Counted from the stretch's first letter, positions 1 through 10,410 are shown. The stretch is 64,000 nucleotides of DNA from a bacterium (GCA_965204535.1 CBDBEV010000001.1:608001-672000); one strand, 5' to 3'. Numbers and translations are program-made. Notes: generated by a model from the letters alone, not told the origin.

Positions 1-1
1 G

Positions 2-511
2 TTATTCCACGATATTGAGGTTCAATCGAACAAAGCAATTATCTGGACCGGATTTATTAAAAATGTCGAATGGTTGAGCGGTAAACTAGCTCATCTCATG
101 CCACAAAAAGTGCATGGGAACATGTCTGTTGCCGACCGAAACGAGTCAATTAAAATATTCAAGATAGACAGCGACTGCAGAATTTTAGTGGCTACACCCG
201 GGTCGGCAAAAGAAGGGTTGACCTTGACGGTTGCCAACCACGCGATATTTTATGATCGTGGATTCAGCCTTGATGATTACCTACAAGCACAGGACCGTAT
301 ACACAGAATTTCTCAAACGGAAAACTGCTTCATACACAATCTAATTGCCAAGGACACAATTGATGAGTGGGTGGATGCGCTACTAAATGCCAAGTACCAA
401 GCTGCTCAATTGGCACAGGGAGATATATCACATGAAGAGTTTGATGCGATATTTACATGTGACCTCTCAGAAGCATTGAAACAAATATTATCTCCCGAAG
501 GGCATTTGTAA
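2..511 (+). CDS. SNF2-family helicase/ATPase, C-terminal part (5' end outside window)
   Basis: Frame is open from base 2 (…KAIIWTGFIKNVEWL…). Helicase_C motifs are present: ILVATPGSAKEGLTLT, IFYDRGF, QAQDRIHRISQ, followed by TIDE. Confidence 0.85.
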   Translation, partial: LFHDIEVQSNKAIIWTGFIKNVEWLSGKLAHLMPQKVHGNMSVADRNESIKIFKIDSDCRILVATPGSAKEGLTLTVANHAIFYDRGFSLDDYLQAQDRIHRISQTENCFIHNLIAKDTIDEWVDALLNAKYQAAQLAQGDISHEEFDAIFTCDLSEALKQILSPEGHL

Positions 512-530
512 TGTGTAAAGGAGAAATTAT

Positions 531-1541
531 ATGGAAAAAAGAAAGATAAAGCTGCTGCGTGAAGAAATTCCTCTAAGCAGCGATTTTGAGGATATACATA
601 GTCTCAAATTCCTGAAAGACAATCCTAGGGTATACGCTTGTACACATGGGCATCCTAACTTTGAAAACCTGATGGAGGAAGAGCAACAAGACATTATTTT
701 AGAAAAACTCCTTCAGGAACCCAGCGTCAAAAATCTGATTCCTGACGTCAAGCGGCACGGTGGGCTTATGGAGTCGATATTGATCCGCAAGGATACAATG
801 GAAGTCATAGAAGGCAATTCCCGATTAGCCGTTTATCGAAAATTATATGATGATGAGGTGGCAGGTGATTGGGAACTTATTCCTTGTGACATAGTAAGCA
901 ACCTCACAGAAGACCAACAGGCAGCCTTCTTAAATCAGATTCATGTCAAAGGCAAAACACAGTGGTCACCCTATGAACAGGCCAATTTCGCCTATGTGCG
1001 TAAGGCTCAAGGATGGCGCTTCGACAAGATCGCAGATCTGTTTGGGGAGTCGGAGGTAACAATACGCACTAGAGTTAGAATTATTCAGATGATGAAGGAC
1101 AACGAAGATAGCCAACAGCCTCATTTCAGTTTTTATGACGTTATAGTTCGTAAACCGGAAATTTCAAAGGCAATAAATGACGATGCAAATCTCCGCGGCT
1201 GCCTCATGGTAAAAATTAAAAATTTTGATACAGGGGAGGAGGGCAACGAGTTTACGGCACAAGACCTGAGAAATAAGCTCCCGGCACTTCTGAAGAAACC
1301 CAAAGTGCTAAAAAAGTTTATTGTCGGCGAGATTGATCTGGATGAGGGATATCAACGTGCCAAGATCAGCCAAGTAGAAGAGAGAGTAAGAAAGGCGGTG
1401 GCTCTTCTTGATGATGTCGAGCACAATGATATTTCACAACTGGAGCAAGTCCGTTTTAACGCGTTCAAGCAAGATGTCCGGAAACTGGCGCAGAGAGTTG
1501 ACAGAATAAATCGGATGATAACAGGTATTGGTGCAAAATGA
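531..1541 (+). CDS. ParB/Srx-like N-terminal domain protein
   Basis: DNPR, GGLMESILI and VIEGNSRLA motifs of the ParB/Srx fold, followed by WSPYEQA and an HTH-like segment. RBS AAGGAG. Confidence 0.75.
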   Translation: MEKRKIKLLREEIPLSSDFEDIHSLKFLKDNPRVYACTHGHPNFENLMEEEQQDIILEKLLQEPSVKNLIPDVKRHGGLMESILIRKDTMEVIEGNSRLAVYRKLYDDEVAGDWELIPCDIVSNLTEDQQAAFLNQIHVKGKTQWSPYEQANFAYVRKAQGWRFDKIADLFGESEVTIRTRVRIIQMMKDNEDSQQPHFSFYDVIVRKPEISKAINDDANLRGCLMVKIKNFDTGEEGNEFTAQDLRNKLPALLKKPKVLKKFIVGEIDLDEGYQRAKISQVEERVRKAVALLDDVEHNDISQLEQVRFNAFKQDVRKLAQRVDRINRMITGIGAK

Positions 1542-3193
1542 CTGCAAGAAACGTCCTACTGATCGAGCCGGGCTACCCCAATAAGTACCCGCCTCTCGGC
1601 TTAATGAAGCTGGCCGCATACCACGGCCCCCAAGGACGTGGAGACCGTGTTTGTTTCATCAAGGGCGAAGTAAAGGATGTGCTGGATGAACCATGGGACC
1701 GTGTCTATGTCACAACCTTGTTCAGCTTCGAATGGGCGCGTACGGCGCGGGCCATAGACTTCGCGCTTAAGGCGTCAGGCAACCAGCCTGAGCGAGTGTT
1801 CGTCGGTGGCATCGCGGCCTCGCTCATGCGCGACGAATTTGTGAAGGAGCCGCGCTGGGCGGGCGTCCGGTTCATCCAGGGTTTGCTCGACGGAGCGCCG
1901 GCCCAAGCGCTTGAATTATCACTAGATAATTGTGACTTCGGCGCCGATGACTTGACCGGAACACCGATTGAAGAATTAGTCCCTGACTACGGCATCCTCG
2001 ACCAGACAGACTATACATACCCTGTCCATGATGCGTATTTTGGTTACGCCTCTCGCGGTTGCGTACGCAAGTGCGCCTTCTGTGGAGTGCCCAAACTGGA
2101 AGGCGACCAGCGCGAAATGCCACCGCTTACGAATCTCGTCAACGGAATCGATAAGGCGTATGGGCCGAAAAAAGATCTCGTATTGATGGATAACAACATC
2201 ACGGCGTCCGCGCGCTACAAGGAGGTGATCGCCGAAATCCGCGACCTCGGTTTCACGCCTGGGGCGAAGTTTGAGCGAGACGGACTTCAATCGCTGAAGC
2301 GCCGCGTCGATTTCAATCAAGGGGTCGATGCCCGCATTCTAGTCAAATCACCAATGTTTCTGCGGGAGATGTCCACAATTTGCATCAGTCCTCTTCGTAT
2401 CGCCTTCGACCACATCGGTGTGCGCAAGGTCTATGAAGCCTCGGTCCGCATGGCCGTGGACAACAGAATCACTTCAATGTCCAACTACATGCTCTACAAC
2501 TTCATGGACACGCCGGAGGACCTGTACGAGAGGATGCGGCTTAATATCGCTCTCAACGAAGAGTTGGGAATCCGTCTTTGGTCATTTCCGATGCGTTACC
2601 AGCCCGTTACGCTTAAAGACCGCTCTCACGTGGGAATAAACTGGAATCGATACTATCTGCGCTCGTTCCAGATCATGCTGCAGGCGACTCGTGGAATCAT
2701 CAGCGGCAACCCCCCCTTCTTCATGCGAGCCTATGGTCAGGACAAGCGGGCTTTCAAACAGTTGTTGAGCCTTCCGCATGTGTTCATTTTCCATCGTGAT
2801 TATTACGAGAACGGGCCTGGGCGTGCGGTACGAGATGAATACGAGGGATTGCGCCGTCGACTCTCCGAAAGCCAGGAACAAGAACTAATCCATTATCTTT
2901 CCGGTCCGGTCGAAGCGAAAGGGCTGCGACGGGAACATTATCGGCGGCTGGTCACAGATCGGAGTGTTGATCCTCTTATTCGAAAAATTGTCCCCTTCCA
3001 TATTTTGGACACTAAAGACACTCCAGGTATGGAAACCAGTAAACTTCTGCCGCTTTTCCCGGAGTTGAACCCTAACCCCGTCATGCCTGAAAAGGACGAG
3101 GTCGTTGAAGACGCCGGTTTGTTCGACCATGAACATATTCTGAATGGGAAGGAAAAAGTCGTTCTGCCTGTCATGGACCAGCAGACAGGTTGA
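1538..3193 (+). CDS. Radical SAM protein with N-terminal cobalamin-binding-like domain
   Basis: CxxxCxxC in SRGCVRKCAFC. N-terminal LLIEPGY…YPPLGLMKLAAYH, VYVTTLF and FVGGIAAS; also MDNN and DFNQGVDAR. ATGA overlap with the upstream stop. Confidence 0.88.
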   Translation: MTARNVLLIEPGYPNKYPPLGLMKLAAYHGPQGRGDRVCFIKGEVKDVLDEPWDRVYVTTLFSFEWARTARAIDFALKASGNQPERVFVGGIAASLMRDEFVKEPRWAGVRFIQGLLDGAPAQALELSLDNCDFGADDLTGTPIEELVPDYGILDQTDYTYPVHDAYFGYASRGCVRKCAFCGVPKLEGDQREMPPLTNLVNGIDKAYGPKKDLVLMDNNITASARYKEVIAEIRDLGFTPGAKFERDGLQSLKRRVDFNQGVDARILVKSPMFLREMSTICISPLRIAFDHIGVRKVYEASVRMAVDNRITSMSNYMLYNFMDTPEDLYERMRLNIALNEELGIRLWSFPMRYQPVTLKDRSHVGINWNRYYLRSFQIMLQATRGIISGNPPFFMRAYGQDKRAFKQLLSLPHVFIFHRDYYENGPGRAVRDEYEGLRRRLSESQEQELIHYLSGPVEAKGLRREHYRRLVTDRSVDPLIRKIVPFHILDTKDTPGMETSKLLPLFPELNPNPVMPEKDEVVEDAGLFDHEHILNGKEKVVLPVMDQQTG

Positions 3194-3234
3194 GAGCGGT
3201 GAATTGAGAATTGAATTGCTTGGGGAGAAAAGAC

Positions 3235-4713
3235 ATGCTAGACGCGAACGCGCCGGAAGCATTGATCGGCGGCGATATTTTGAACCTCATCACCGTCGGC
3301 ATGTACGACAATCCACTGGCCATTTACCGGGAATACATCCAAAACGCGGCAGACGCCATCTCGAACGCTGAAAGTCTTAGGGACGGTAAAGTCGAAATCA
3401 ACATCGACCCATCTGGGTTGAGCGTAAGGATTCGTGATAACGGCCCGGGACTTTCTCACGAAGCGGCGCTTCGAGCGCTGTTACCTATTGCCAGAAGCCA
3501 GAAACAGCGGGGAACCGACAGCGGATTTCGGGGTATAGGTCGGTTGTCGGGATTGGCCTTCGCGGAGTCGGTTACCTTTAGAACACGAGATCAAGACGAT
3601 AAACCAGTTACTTGTATCATATGGGATGGACCCAAACTCCGTAACGCTATCGCCAAGGCCACAAAAACAGAGAGTGCGATCCGGGAATGTATTACCTTAG
3701 AAACTTTGTCTGCAGAGAAATATCCCGCTCATTTTTTCGAGGTCGAAGTTGGCGGGATTGGACGACACGCAGCAGGACTTTTACTCAATACGGAAGCCGT
3801 ACAGGCTTACATAGGCGAAGTCTGCCCAGTACCTATCGGTCCATCTTTCCCTTTCACTTCGGAGATCAATAATTTATTTAGAAAAGATAAAGCGACTCTA
3901 GATCTGGAAGTCACACTTAACGACGAACTCACTCCTGTGACACGACGATACGGAGAGGTAATTCGATTCTCTAAAGACAGAGAGGATCGATTTATTGAAT
4001 TTGAAGAAGTAGACATCTCCTCCGCAGATGGAAACGATATGGCCGCTGTAGGCTGGGTTGCGCATTCCTCCTATCTCGGCGCAATCCCGAAAGAACTCGG
4101 CATTCGAGGCATCCGGGCTCGTGCGGGAAACATTCAGATTGGTGATGAGAACGTGTTTGAGCATCTATTTCCTGAGGAGCGGTTTAACCGCTGGTGCGTC
4201 GGTGAGATTCACATAATGGACTCTCGTATTGTTCCGAACGGGCGACGTGACTACTTTGAGCTGGGACCACACACCAGAAACCTAGAAAATCAAATGGCTG
4301 CTGTCGCCCGTCGAATTTCGGCAAGATGTCGAACAGCGTCTACGGCACGCAATAAAGAGTACAAATTTCAGACTGAACTAGCTCAAATGGAAGAAACTTA
4401 TGATCTCGCAGTTTCAGGGTATCTATCCGCCGAAAACGCGAAGGCACTGATCGGGCAAGCATTGGATCGTATTCAGGGCATTCGGGAAAGCCTCGACACG
4501 ATGAACAGTCACGTGAGAGAAAACCTTGAGAAATTGTATGTCCTGGAGAGGAAGTTGAGCAGCTTCCGCGTTCGGCGTGGTCGTCCCCCTATGGGAAGTG
4601 TTTCAGCGTCTGAGGTCGCAACCTACAGAAAAATCTTCCAAACCTTGGCGGAGGCATCACCATCGCCACGCGCCGCAAAGGAAATGATAGAAGCCGTCTT
4701 GGCGAATGCTTAG
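3235..4713 (+). CDS. HSP90/GHKL-type ATPase, copy 1
   Basis: REYIQNAADA, IRDNGPG, GFRGIGRLSG, then GIRARAGNIQIG and VGEIH…VPNGRRDYFE, with a helical C-terminus. RBS GGGGAG before ATG 3235. Confidence 0.85.
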   Translation: MLDANAPEALIGGDILNLITVGMYDNPLAIYREYIQNAADAISNAESLRDGKVEINIDPSGLSVRIRDNGPGLSHEAALRALLPIARSQKQRGTDSGFRGIGRLSGLAFAESVTFRTRDQDDKPVTCIIWDGPKLRNAIAKATKTESAIRECITLETLSAEKYPAHFFEVEVGGIGRHAAGLLLNTEAVQAYIGEVCPVPIGPSFPFTSEINNLFRKDKATLDLEVTLNDELTPVTRRYGEVIRFSKDREDRFIEFEEVDISSADGNDMAAVGWVAHSSYLGAIPKELGIRGIRARAGNIQIGDENVFEHLFPEERFNRWCVGEIHIMDSRIVPNGRRDYFELGPHTRNLENQMAAVARRISARCRTASTARNKEYKFQTELAQMEETYDLAVSGYLSAENAKALIGQALDRIQGIRESLDTMNSHVRENLEKLYVLERKLSSFRVRRGRPPMGSVSASEVATYRKIFQTLAEASPSPRAAKEMIEAVLANA

Positions 4714-5110
4714 CTCAGGCGGAGTGCAATCCATCGAAGAATATTGCGACAGGGGCTTGGAGGAAACTAAATTGAACAAAACATCCCGCTTGAGATTATC
4801 AAGGCAGTGCCGTTCAGGGGCGGGAGTAAACAAATCTAACTCGCCGCCTGACACTACCATCATAAACTTTTGGGCATAGCTCGCCCTTGTTCTAACAAAA
4901 TCTCTACCTAACACAAATAGCCGATGACCTCCTCTGGTTTGCAGCGCTTCATCTCTATCGGTAGTTCTTGTCTCCCCCCATAACCTGAAGATAACCTAAT
5001 CCACTAGGAATGAGTCGAGATTAGCATTTACGCTCTGTCAATTCCTAACTACCCTCCGTTACTTTATCTCCAAACTATTTACGGGTTTTTGCTTCGACAT
5101 TCTGTGTATC

Positions 5111-6694
5111 CTAAGTTCCCCTCTCAAAGCGATGTACTAGACTTGCCTTGATCTTCTGGTATGCGTCGGGGTCTACAAAGGCATTAATAACATCCAGAAC
5201 CTCCTTGAGAAGCTGCTCTCTCAATCGTGCCTTGAGGCCTTCTAGAAGTTCACTTTCATCAAGCACCTGACCCATCATCAACCGTGCCTTTTCTTCAACT
5301 GTTTTTATATCATCCGCCGCCTCCAGCAAAGAGGCGGCTCTCTGTTTTATACTTTCTCCTTCCTCTATCGTTGCTTCATCCAAATCACCAACAACTTTCT
5401 GAAGTCGTGCTATCTTTCTTCGATGCCGCTTAGCATTGTTCATCAAATCAACAATTTGGTCGTAATTCGTGCGAGGGCCTTTTCCCAGAGTATCCGCCCT
5501 TAACAGCACCTTCCTTACATCTTCGATTACCTTATCGATATCCTGACCACCTTGTTTTGATGCTTCGTACGCATCAGCGGAAAGCGGTTTGCAAACGTTG
5601 ACACACAAACTTTCCTGAATTCCAACCCAGTCTTCAAGCTCTTCAAACCCATCGCGACGAGCATTTGGAATAACCCTTTTCGGGTCAATATAGATTTCGC
5701 CAACATAATAGCTGCTAAAGCGGCTATATGATGGTTTCAGATCCGAAAACAACCTTTCAACAATTTGTGTACCGTCAACTTGAATATTGCGAACACGAAT
5801 TCGTAGTCCTCTTGTATTTCTATCGGTAACTGCTGCCGACTCGCTGAGCCGTCCCACCCAAGCCCAATACCACCCCTCTTCTCCAAGAAAATAGTCTATC
5901 TCTTGCAGGTTCATCGTTCCTTTTGCGTGCTCATATTCTTCGCCATAAGGCTTCACCACTTCCTTTTTTTGGGCATCATGCTCGATCCACACGTCAACTG
6001 TCTCCAAGGCTCTTCCGAAATACTGTTCGTAATTTTTCTGGATATCAGCACTTCTGACCCAGCTTGGATCAAGCTTCACGGGAACCGTTTGGCATAGATA
6101 AGAATATATCTCTTTTGGTCTTCTCAGCGAATCGGGGGCATTCGACAATCCTTCCAAAGTGACCTCGAAGAAATGATCGTCTAAACAACTTTCAACTTCT
6201 TGCTTCTGGAAATCTAATGCATTCATTAGCAACTTTGCCAATTCGAACTCACCACCTCTATCTGGATCCATTGCTCGCAATAAATTCTTACAGTCAAATT
6301 GAATTGTACTTATGGAAGTTTCACCTGGAAAAGTTGTTCGAAATGTAAGCTTGTCACAATACGCCATTCCCGCGAGGCGTCCAATTCCACGAAAGCCTGC
6401 ATCCCGCTCTCGGTCCTTTTTAGAAGCGCCAATCGAAGTAAGCGTTCTCCACGCTTGATTTACCGAAATGCCAAGACCGTTGTCCTTTATAATAAGCGCG
6501 TCTTCTTTCACTTTTACGGCGACACAACCTCTCTCTTCCAGAATTCCCATTCGTTGCGCAGCTCTAATGGAGTCGAATGAGTTTTGAATATATTCTCTAA
6601 GAGTGTGTCGCGGTTCACCATACATGCCTAGCGTTAGAGTTTCTAGAACAAAGGCTCCTATATGAGGCGCAGGATTAGTCGCAGCAGTTTTCAT
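5111..6694 (-). CDS. HSP90/GHKL-type ATPase, copy 2 (paralog of 3235-4713)
   Basis: REYIQNSFDS, IKDNGLG, GFRGIGRLAG, GLRIRVRNIQVDG and VGEIY…IPNARRDGFE, with a coiled-coil-like C-terminus. RBS AAGGAGGTG. Confidence 0.85.
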   Translation of the reverse strand: MKTAATNPAPHIGAFVLETLTLGMYGEPRHTLREYIQNSFDSIRAAQRMGILEERGCVAVKVKEDALIIKDNGLGISVNQAWRTLTSIGASKKDRERDAGFRGIGRLAGMAYCDKLTFRTTFPGETSISTIQFDCKNLLRAMDPDRGGEFELAKLLMNALDFQKQEVESCLDDHFFEVTLEGLSNAPDSLRRPKEIYSYLCQTVPVKLDPSWVRSADIQKNYEQYFGRALETVDVWIEHDAQKKEVVKPYGEEYEHAKGTMNLQEIDYFLGEEGWYWAWVGRLSESAAVTDRNTRGLRIRVRNIQVDGTQIVERLFSDLKPSYSRFSSYYVGEIYIDPKRVIPNARRDGFEELEDWVGIQESLCVNVCKPLSADAYEASKQGGQDIDKVIEDVRKVLLRADTLGKGPRTNYDQIVDLMNNAKRHRRKIARLQKVVGDLDEATIEEGESIKQRAASLLEAADDIKTVEEKARLMMGQVLDESELLEGLKARLREQLLKEVLDVINAFVDPDAYQKIKASLVHRFERGT

Positions 6695-6716
6695 ATTTTA
6701 GGTCACCTCCTTCTTT

Positions 6717-8588
6717 TTAGCCACAATCATCCTCCTCAAAGTCTGTATCGGAACTTAACCCGCCCGTAGAAAATGCATCCAACCGGACCAAACCAGTGTC
6801 CGCAGACCACTTGTACATTCCTTCGTCATATTCTTCAGTTAGAAGATCGACCGGAATGGCGAATTCATCTCCAATAAGACTGCGAAGTGTTGTTCCAGAA
6901 CATTCATTTCGGACTACGTTACTAAGTAGTGACCTCAATCTCCTGGGATTTGTCTCATGCAAATTCTCGGCTAATGCTTGATGGCCTCCAATGCGAATTT
7001 CAGTAAGTAATAGTGGCTTGCCCTTCTGTCCTTTAAGTGTGTTTAAGGTATAAGGTACCTTCGCACGCTCGCCGCTAGGCAAATATGGTAGCATTGCCCC
7101 TTCATCCATCAGATATTGATTTAGTGCTTGAAACGCTTCGTCTAACCAAGACTCTTTTTCGAGGGCAAACACTGTAGGCAGGAGAGACCTCTTAGGCATG
7201 GTTAGCAACTCTCCCTGCCTAGAAAAATAGGCGGATGTGATCAGACCCAAAACTACTCTGTTTACTCCAAGGGGGTCACTATCCTGTCGTAATCGTTCAA
7301 AAATATCCGGGCTATCTATCAACCACTGGTCTGATCTGTTTAGTATCAGTTCGGCGAGTAGCCTTCCTAGTTGAAATGGATCAAGAATACCCGACTTGAC
7401 TTTGGACAACCAGGTATCCATTTGGTGCGACTTTTCATCAACACTTCCTCTCAGATAGGTGTTCAACTCCGTAGAAATTGTCATCAACATTAATTGCGCA
7501 AGCGAGGGAGGGTCCAAACGATTCACTACCGCAGGTTTACCAATTGCTACATCTTCACTAGGGCTATCCCCATTGGAGTCGCTATCTGAATGTTCAGTGA
7601 CCGGATGTTCGAGAGTCTGATCTTCCACTTTGTCTGCAACGTGGCTGTGCACGTATAAGGCCGTTCGCAATGTAGAGAAAATGCTCTTTTCCCCTGCCAC
7701 ACTTGCTACGTGCTCGTCCGCTAGGACCAAAAAGCGGGGGTGAAGTACCAATATATTGCCTTGCTCTCGCTGAGCAGTTAGCTCATGCACCAGCAGTGGG
7801 TGCGGGCGAACAACATCATACCCGCTATCTTTGTTTGGTTTTTCTTTTACTGACCTTTTTCCTTTTACAAAAGAAGCGGTTGAAACCCAATCCGTTTTTT
7901 CATCACAAGATAGCAGAACAAAATTCATATTGTCGCATGTTCCATGCTTGGAAGGGAGGTCTGCAATAATTTCTTCCCAGATCACCACGTCACCGTAACG
8001 ATTGATTTCTTTCTTGTCCTTATAGCCTGGTGGAACTAGGTGGCTGTATCGGAATTCCCCAGTTTCTTGAAGACGTGCGATGATAGGGTTAAGATTGCTT
8101 CTGAGCACATTTTCGTTAACAAAGGAAATAATTTCTTCAATTGCGTCACTAAGGTATCTATCATCTCTAGTCACATTGATTAAATTTCGCACCCTCGAAA
8201 ATGAGTGTCTAATCTCAGTGACATAACTATCTCGATTAGAGTAACCACGTTCTTTGCAAATTTCATCATCAGCTCTTTCGAGTGCGAGAACCATGAAATC
8301 ATGGATTTTCTTTTCTAAATCCGAGGAAATTTTCCGAATGTCATTTCTAGTGCTCTCCTGAACAATATGACGATGAAATTCATGAGCCGCCCAAACCGGA
8401 ACACGAATAGAACCTTCCGTCCTAGTATTACACCAACCTATAAATTCCTTCCGAGCAGTCACACCTAGCCGGACCAGAAGCATCAGCAATGAAGTATCCA
8501 AGTAATAGATTGTATTGTTTGACTGAAACGTTTCGGCTACCTCATCCATGAACTCATCATAGTCCCGAATGAATGGATCTAATTTCAT
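6717..8588 (-). CDS. PIN-like domain protein (PIN_8/DUF4935-type) with long uncharacterised C-terminal region
   Basis: YYLDTSLL, VPVWAAHEF, PPGYKD…RYGDVVIWEEI and LLSCDEKTDW match the acidic motifs of this PIN subfamily. Confidence 0.75.
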   Translation of the reverse strand: MKLDPFIRDYDEFMDEVAETFQSNNTIYYLDTSLLMLLVRLGVTARKEFIGWCNTRTEGSIRVPVWAAHEFHRHIVQESTRNDIRKISSDLEKKIHDFMVLALERADDEICKERGYSNRDSYVTEIRHSFSRVRNLINVTRDDRYLSDAIEEIISFVNENVLRSNLNPIIARLQETGEFRYSHLVPPGYKDKKEINRYGDVVIWEEIIADLPSKHGTCDNMNFVLLSCDEKTDWVSTASFVKGKRSVKEKPNKDSGYDVVRPHPLLVHELTAQREQGNILVLHPRFLVLADEHVASVAGEKSIFSTLRTALYVHSHVADKVEDQTLEHPVTEHSDSDSNGDSPSEDVAIGKPAVVNRLDPPSLAQLMLMTISTELNTYLRGSVDEKSHQMDTWLSKVKSGILDPFQLGRLLAELILNRSDQWLIDSPDIFERLRQDSDPLGVNRVVLGLITSAYFSRQGELLTMPKRSLLPTVFALEKESWLDEAFQALNQYLMDEGAMLPYLPSGERAKVPYTLNTLKGQKGKPLLLTEIRIGGHQALAENLHETNPRRLRSLLSNVVRNECSGTTLRSLIGDEFAIPVDLLTEEYDEGMYKWSADTGLVRLDAFSTGGLSSDTDFEEDDCG

Positions 8589-9709
8589 CTAACACTCCAG
8601 CATTTAGTCACACTTAGTAATATTTGATAAGGAGAATTGTTGCGCACTAGAAACGGTAGATGAGGGAAAAAGAGCATAACCTCTCAACACAACTCGCAAA
8701 TGCGAAAACGAAAAACATAAACTTATCATGCCGCTTTTATGTAATATTCATTTTGATTGTGCTTGGTCTAATTATTCCCGTTCTGCAACTTGTGGTCATT
8801 GTGCACACTCGACAACCACGCAACCCCTTGATGTTTTATCCATTCCAGCGGCCACAAGCCAGCAGTCGAGAAAGAGTCCATTATCACTTGTAAGCGATTA
8901 ACTTTAATATACTGGCCTCCGAGAGGCGTATTTGGATTTTGACAACCCCATTTCAGCAGGATGCGCCGCCTTCTTCAATTCAGCCCATACACAAGACCTG
9001 AGTGTAACTCCGTATTTGTCACATTCTATCACAGTACTGGTCAAGGAACTGCCAACCTGCTCACCGCATCACTAAGTGTCCTGCCGAGTTATAGAGTAGG
9101 CATCTTTGACGCAGTGACCGAGACGGAATCACCCGTGTAGAAGTGTCGACCGGCATGGGTTTGCCTACTTATCAACCGGAACGCCCCGAAGCAAGCGAGT
9201 GAACCATGCTAGCTACCACATGCCATGCGAGCACATCATGGTTGGTTCGCCCTATTCCTAGTATCGGGCAGGCGTTAATAAAGGCAAACTGTGGAATGTG
9301 CCGCCAAACTGTGTGCGCGGTCTGTCCGGCATATGACGCATCAAGACAGGCACAGCTTAGGAGGTGGCGTCGGCGATGTGTGCGGCGACCAGTTTATGGC
9401 TGTGAGATTGAATGACAAGTTTATCCAGCACCTCGGAGGCGGACTGAGCGGCGAATATGGTTTCTAATACTGCGCGAAAAACGTGCACGGTGGCATAGCG
9501 AAGCGCCCAGACGGTTTTTATTGTAGGCTTCGACAGTGCTTGGAAAAGAGTTCTTTAAGATGATCAACGACGGCGTAAAGCGAGTCGAGCAACTCTGGAA
9601 CTTCGCTAAATTGGTCGCGGCTAACGGCGGTTCGCGCTTCCTTAGTGGACCTATTGCGTCAGAGCCGTGCACGAATTCAAAGTTCGTCGCCGACGCAACG
9701 CGAGTGAAT

Positions 9710-10018
9710 TTATCCAGTATATCCGAGTTTACCTGACAATTCCGGCGCGACCTCGGAGATATTCCTGCTGATTTGATCTATCTCTTCATCTCGTCCGTCC
9801 CTTTCCATGTCGCGGATGATGGCCTGCGCGGTGAACATCGCCGACCGCAACAGGTGGATTTCCGTCTCCGTGCGGGGCCATTCGCGGCGCTCCAGAGCTT
9901 CCATCACACACTCTACCACCAGTCGGTTGGGCGACATTTCGCGCTTTTCGGCCTCACTTTCAATTCGTTTCCACTGTTCCGGCGTGACTCTGATGTTCTT
10001 CTGTATCGTCTGAACCAT
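9710..10018 (-). CDS. Ribbon-helix-helix-like DNA-binding protein (possible relaxosome accessory protein)
   Basis: IQKNIRVTPEQWKRIESEAEKREMSPNRLV has an RHH pattern. AGGAG lies upstream of ATG 10018, and the gene is next to the oriT candidate. Confidence 0.55.
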   Translation of the reverse strand: MVQTIQKNIRVTPEQWKRIESEAEKREMSPNRLVVECVMEALERREWPRTETEIHLLRSAMFTAQAIIRDMERDGRDEEIDQISRNISEVAPELSGKLGYTG

Positions 10019-10148
10019 CCGTTTCGCCGCTCCTGTCGTGAAGATTTTCATCCGTTCCGGTCGCAAAACGACCGCAAAATTCTCATTTTCTGCACCAAAC
10101 ACACCCGCCTCGGGCCCAAGAATCATACCCGTTACGCTGTTTCATGAA

Positions 10149-10206
10149 CTACCAAAATGGTAGCCATCATAGCGCAGCGCACCTCCGAGCACTACCAATC
10201 TGGTAT
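10149..10206. promoter_or_regulatory. Pair of TACCA-N3-TGGTA palindromic operator-like sites
   Basis: CTACCAAAATGGTAG (10149-10163) and CTACCAATCTGGTAT (10192-10206), upstream of the RHH gene. Confidence 0.4.
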
Positions 10207-10385
10207 CTGACAGGAACTCCCCGTATTACACCGTATGCCATGAGCATACGCCTCTTGTGAGTCACAAGGAATTCAATGAGATACGGGCGTGTTACGTCGT
10301 AATACGCTCTCCCAGCGAAAGCGGGACGGTATTTGGCGTCGTTTGCGCAAGGGATGGCATGCCTGGCGCACGATTGACTTGCACC

Positions 10386-10410
10386 CGCAGCCCGCTGCGT
10401 GGGGTGTGAA
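10386..10410 (+). other. Candidate oriT nic site (MOBF/F-like)
   Basis: CGCAGC-CC-GCTGCG hairpin running into TGGGGTGT|G. The 13-mer TGCGTGGGGTGTG matches the F oriT nic sequence. It lies between the RHH gene and the leading-region genes. Confidence 0.45.

Noticed and set aside
4714-5110. Short ORF 4657-4914 (-) or a gene remnant between the convergent ATPases
   Set aside because: No RBS or recognisable motif; cannot be supported.
8590-9709. Short ORFs in the 1.1-kb gap between the PIN and RHH genes, considered as a relaxase remnant
   Set aside because: No HUH or coupling-protein motifs recognised. May be decayed DNA, but unassignable by eye.
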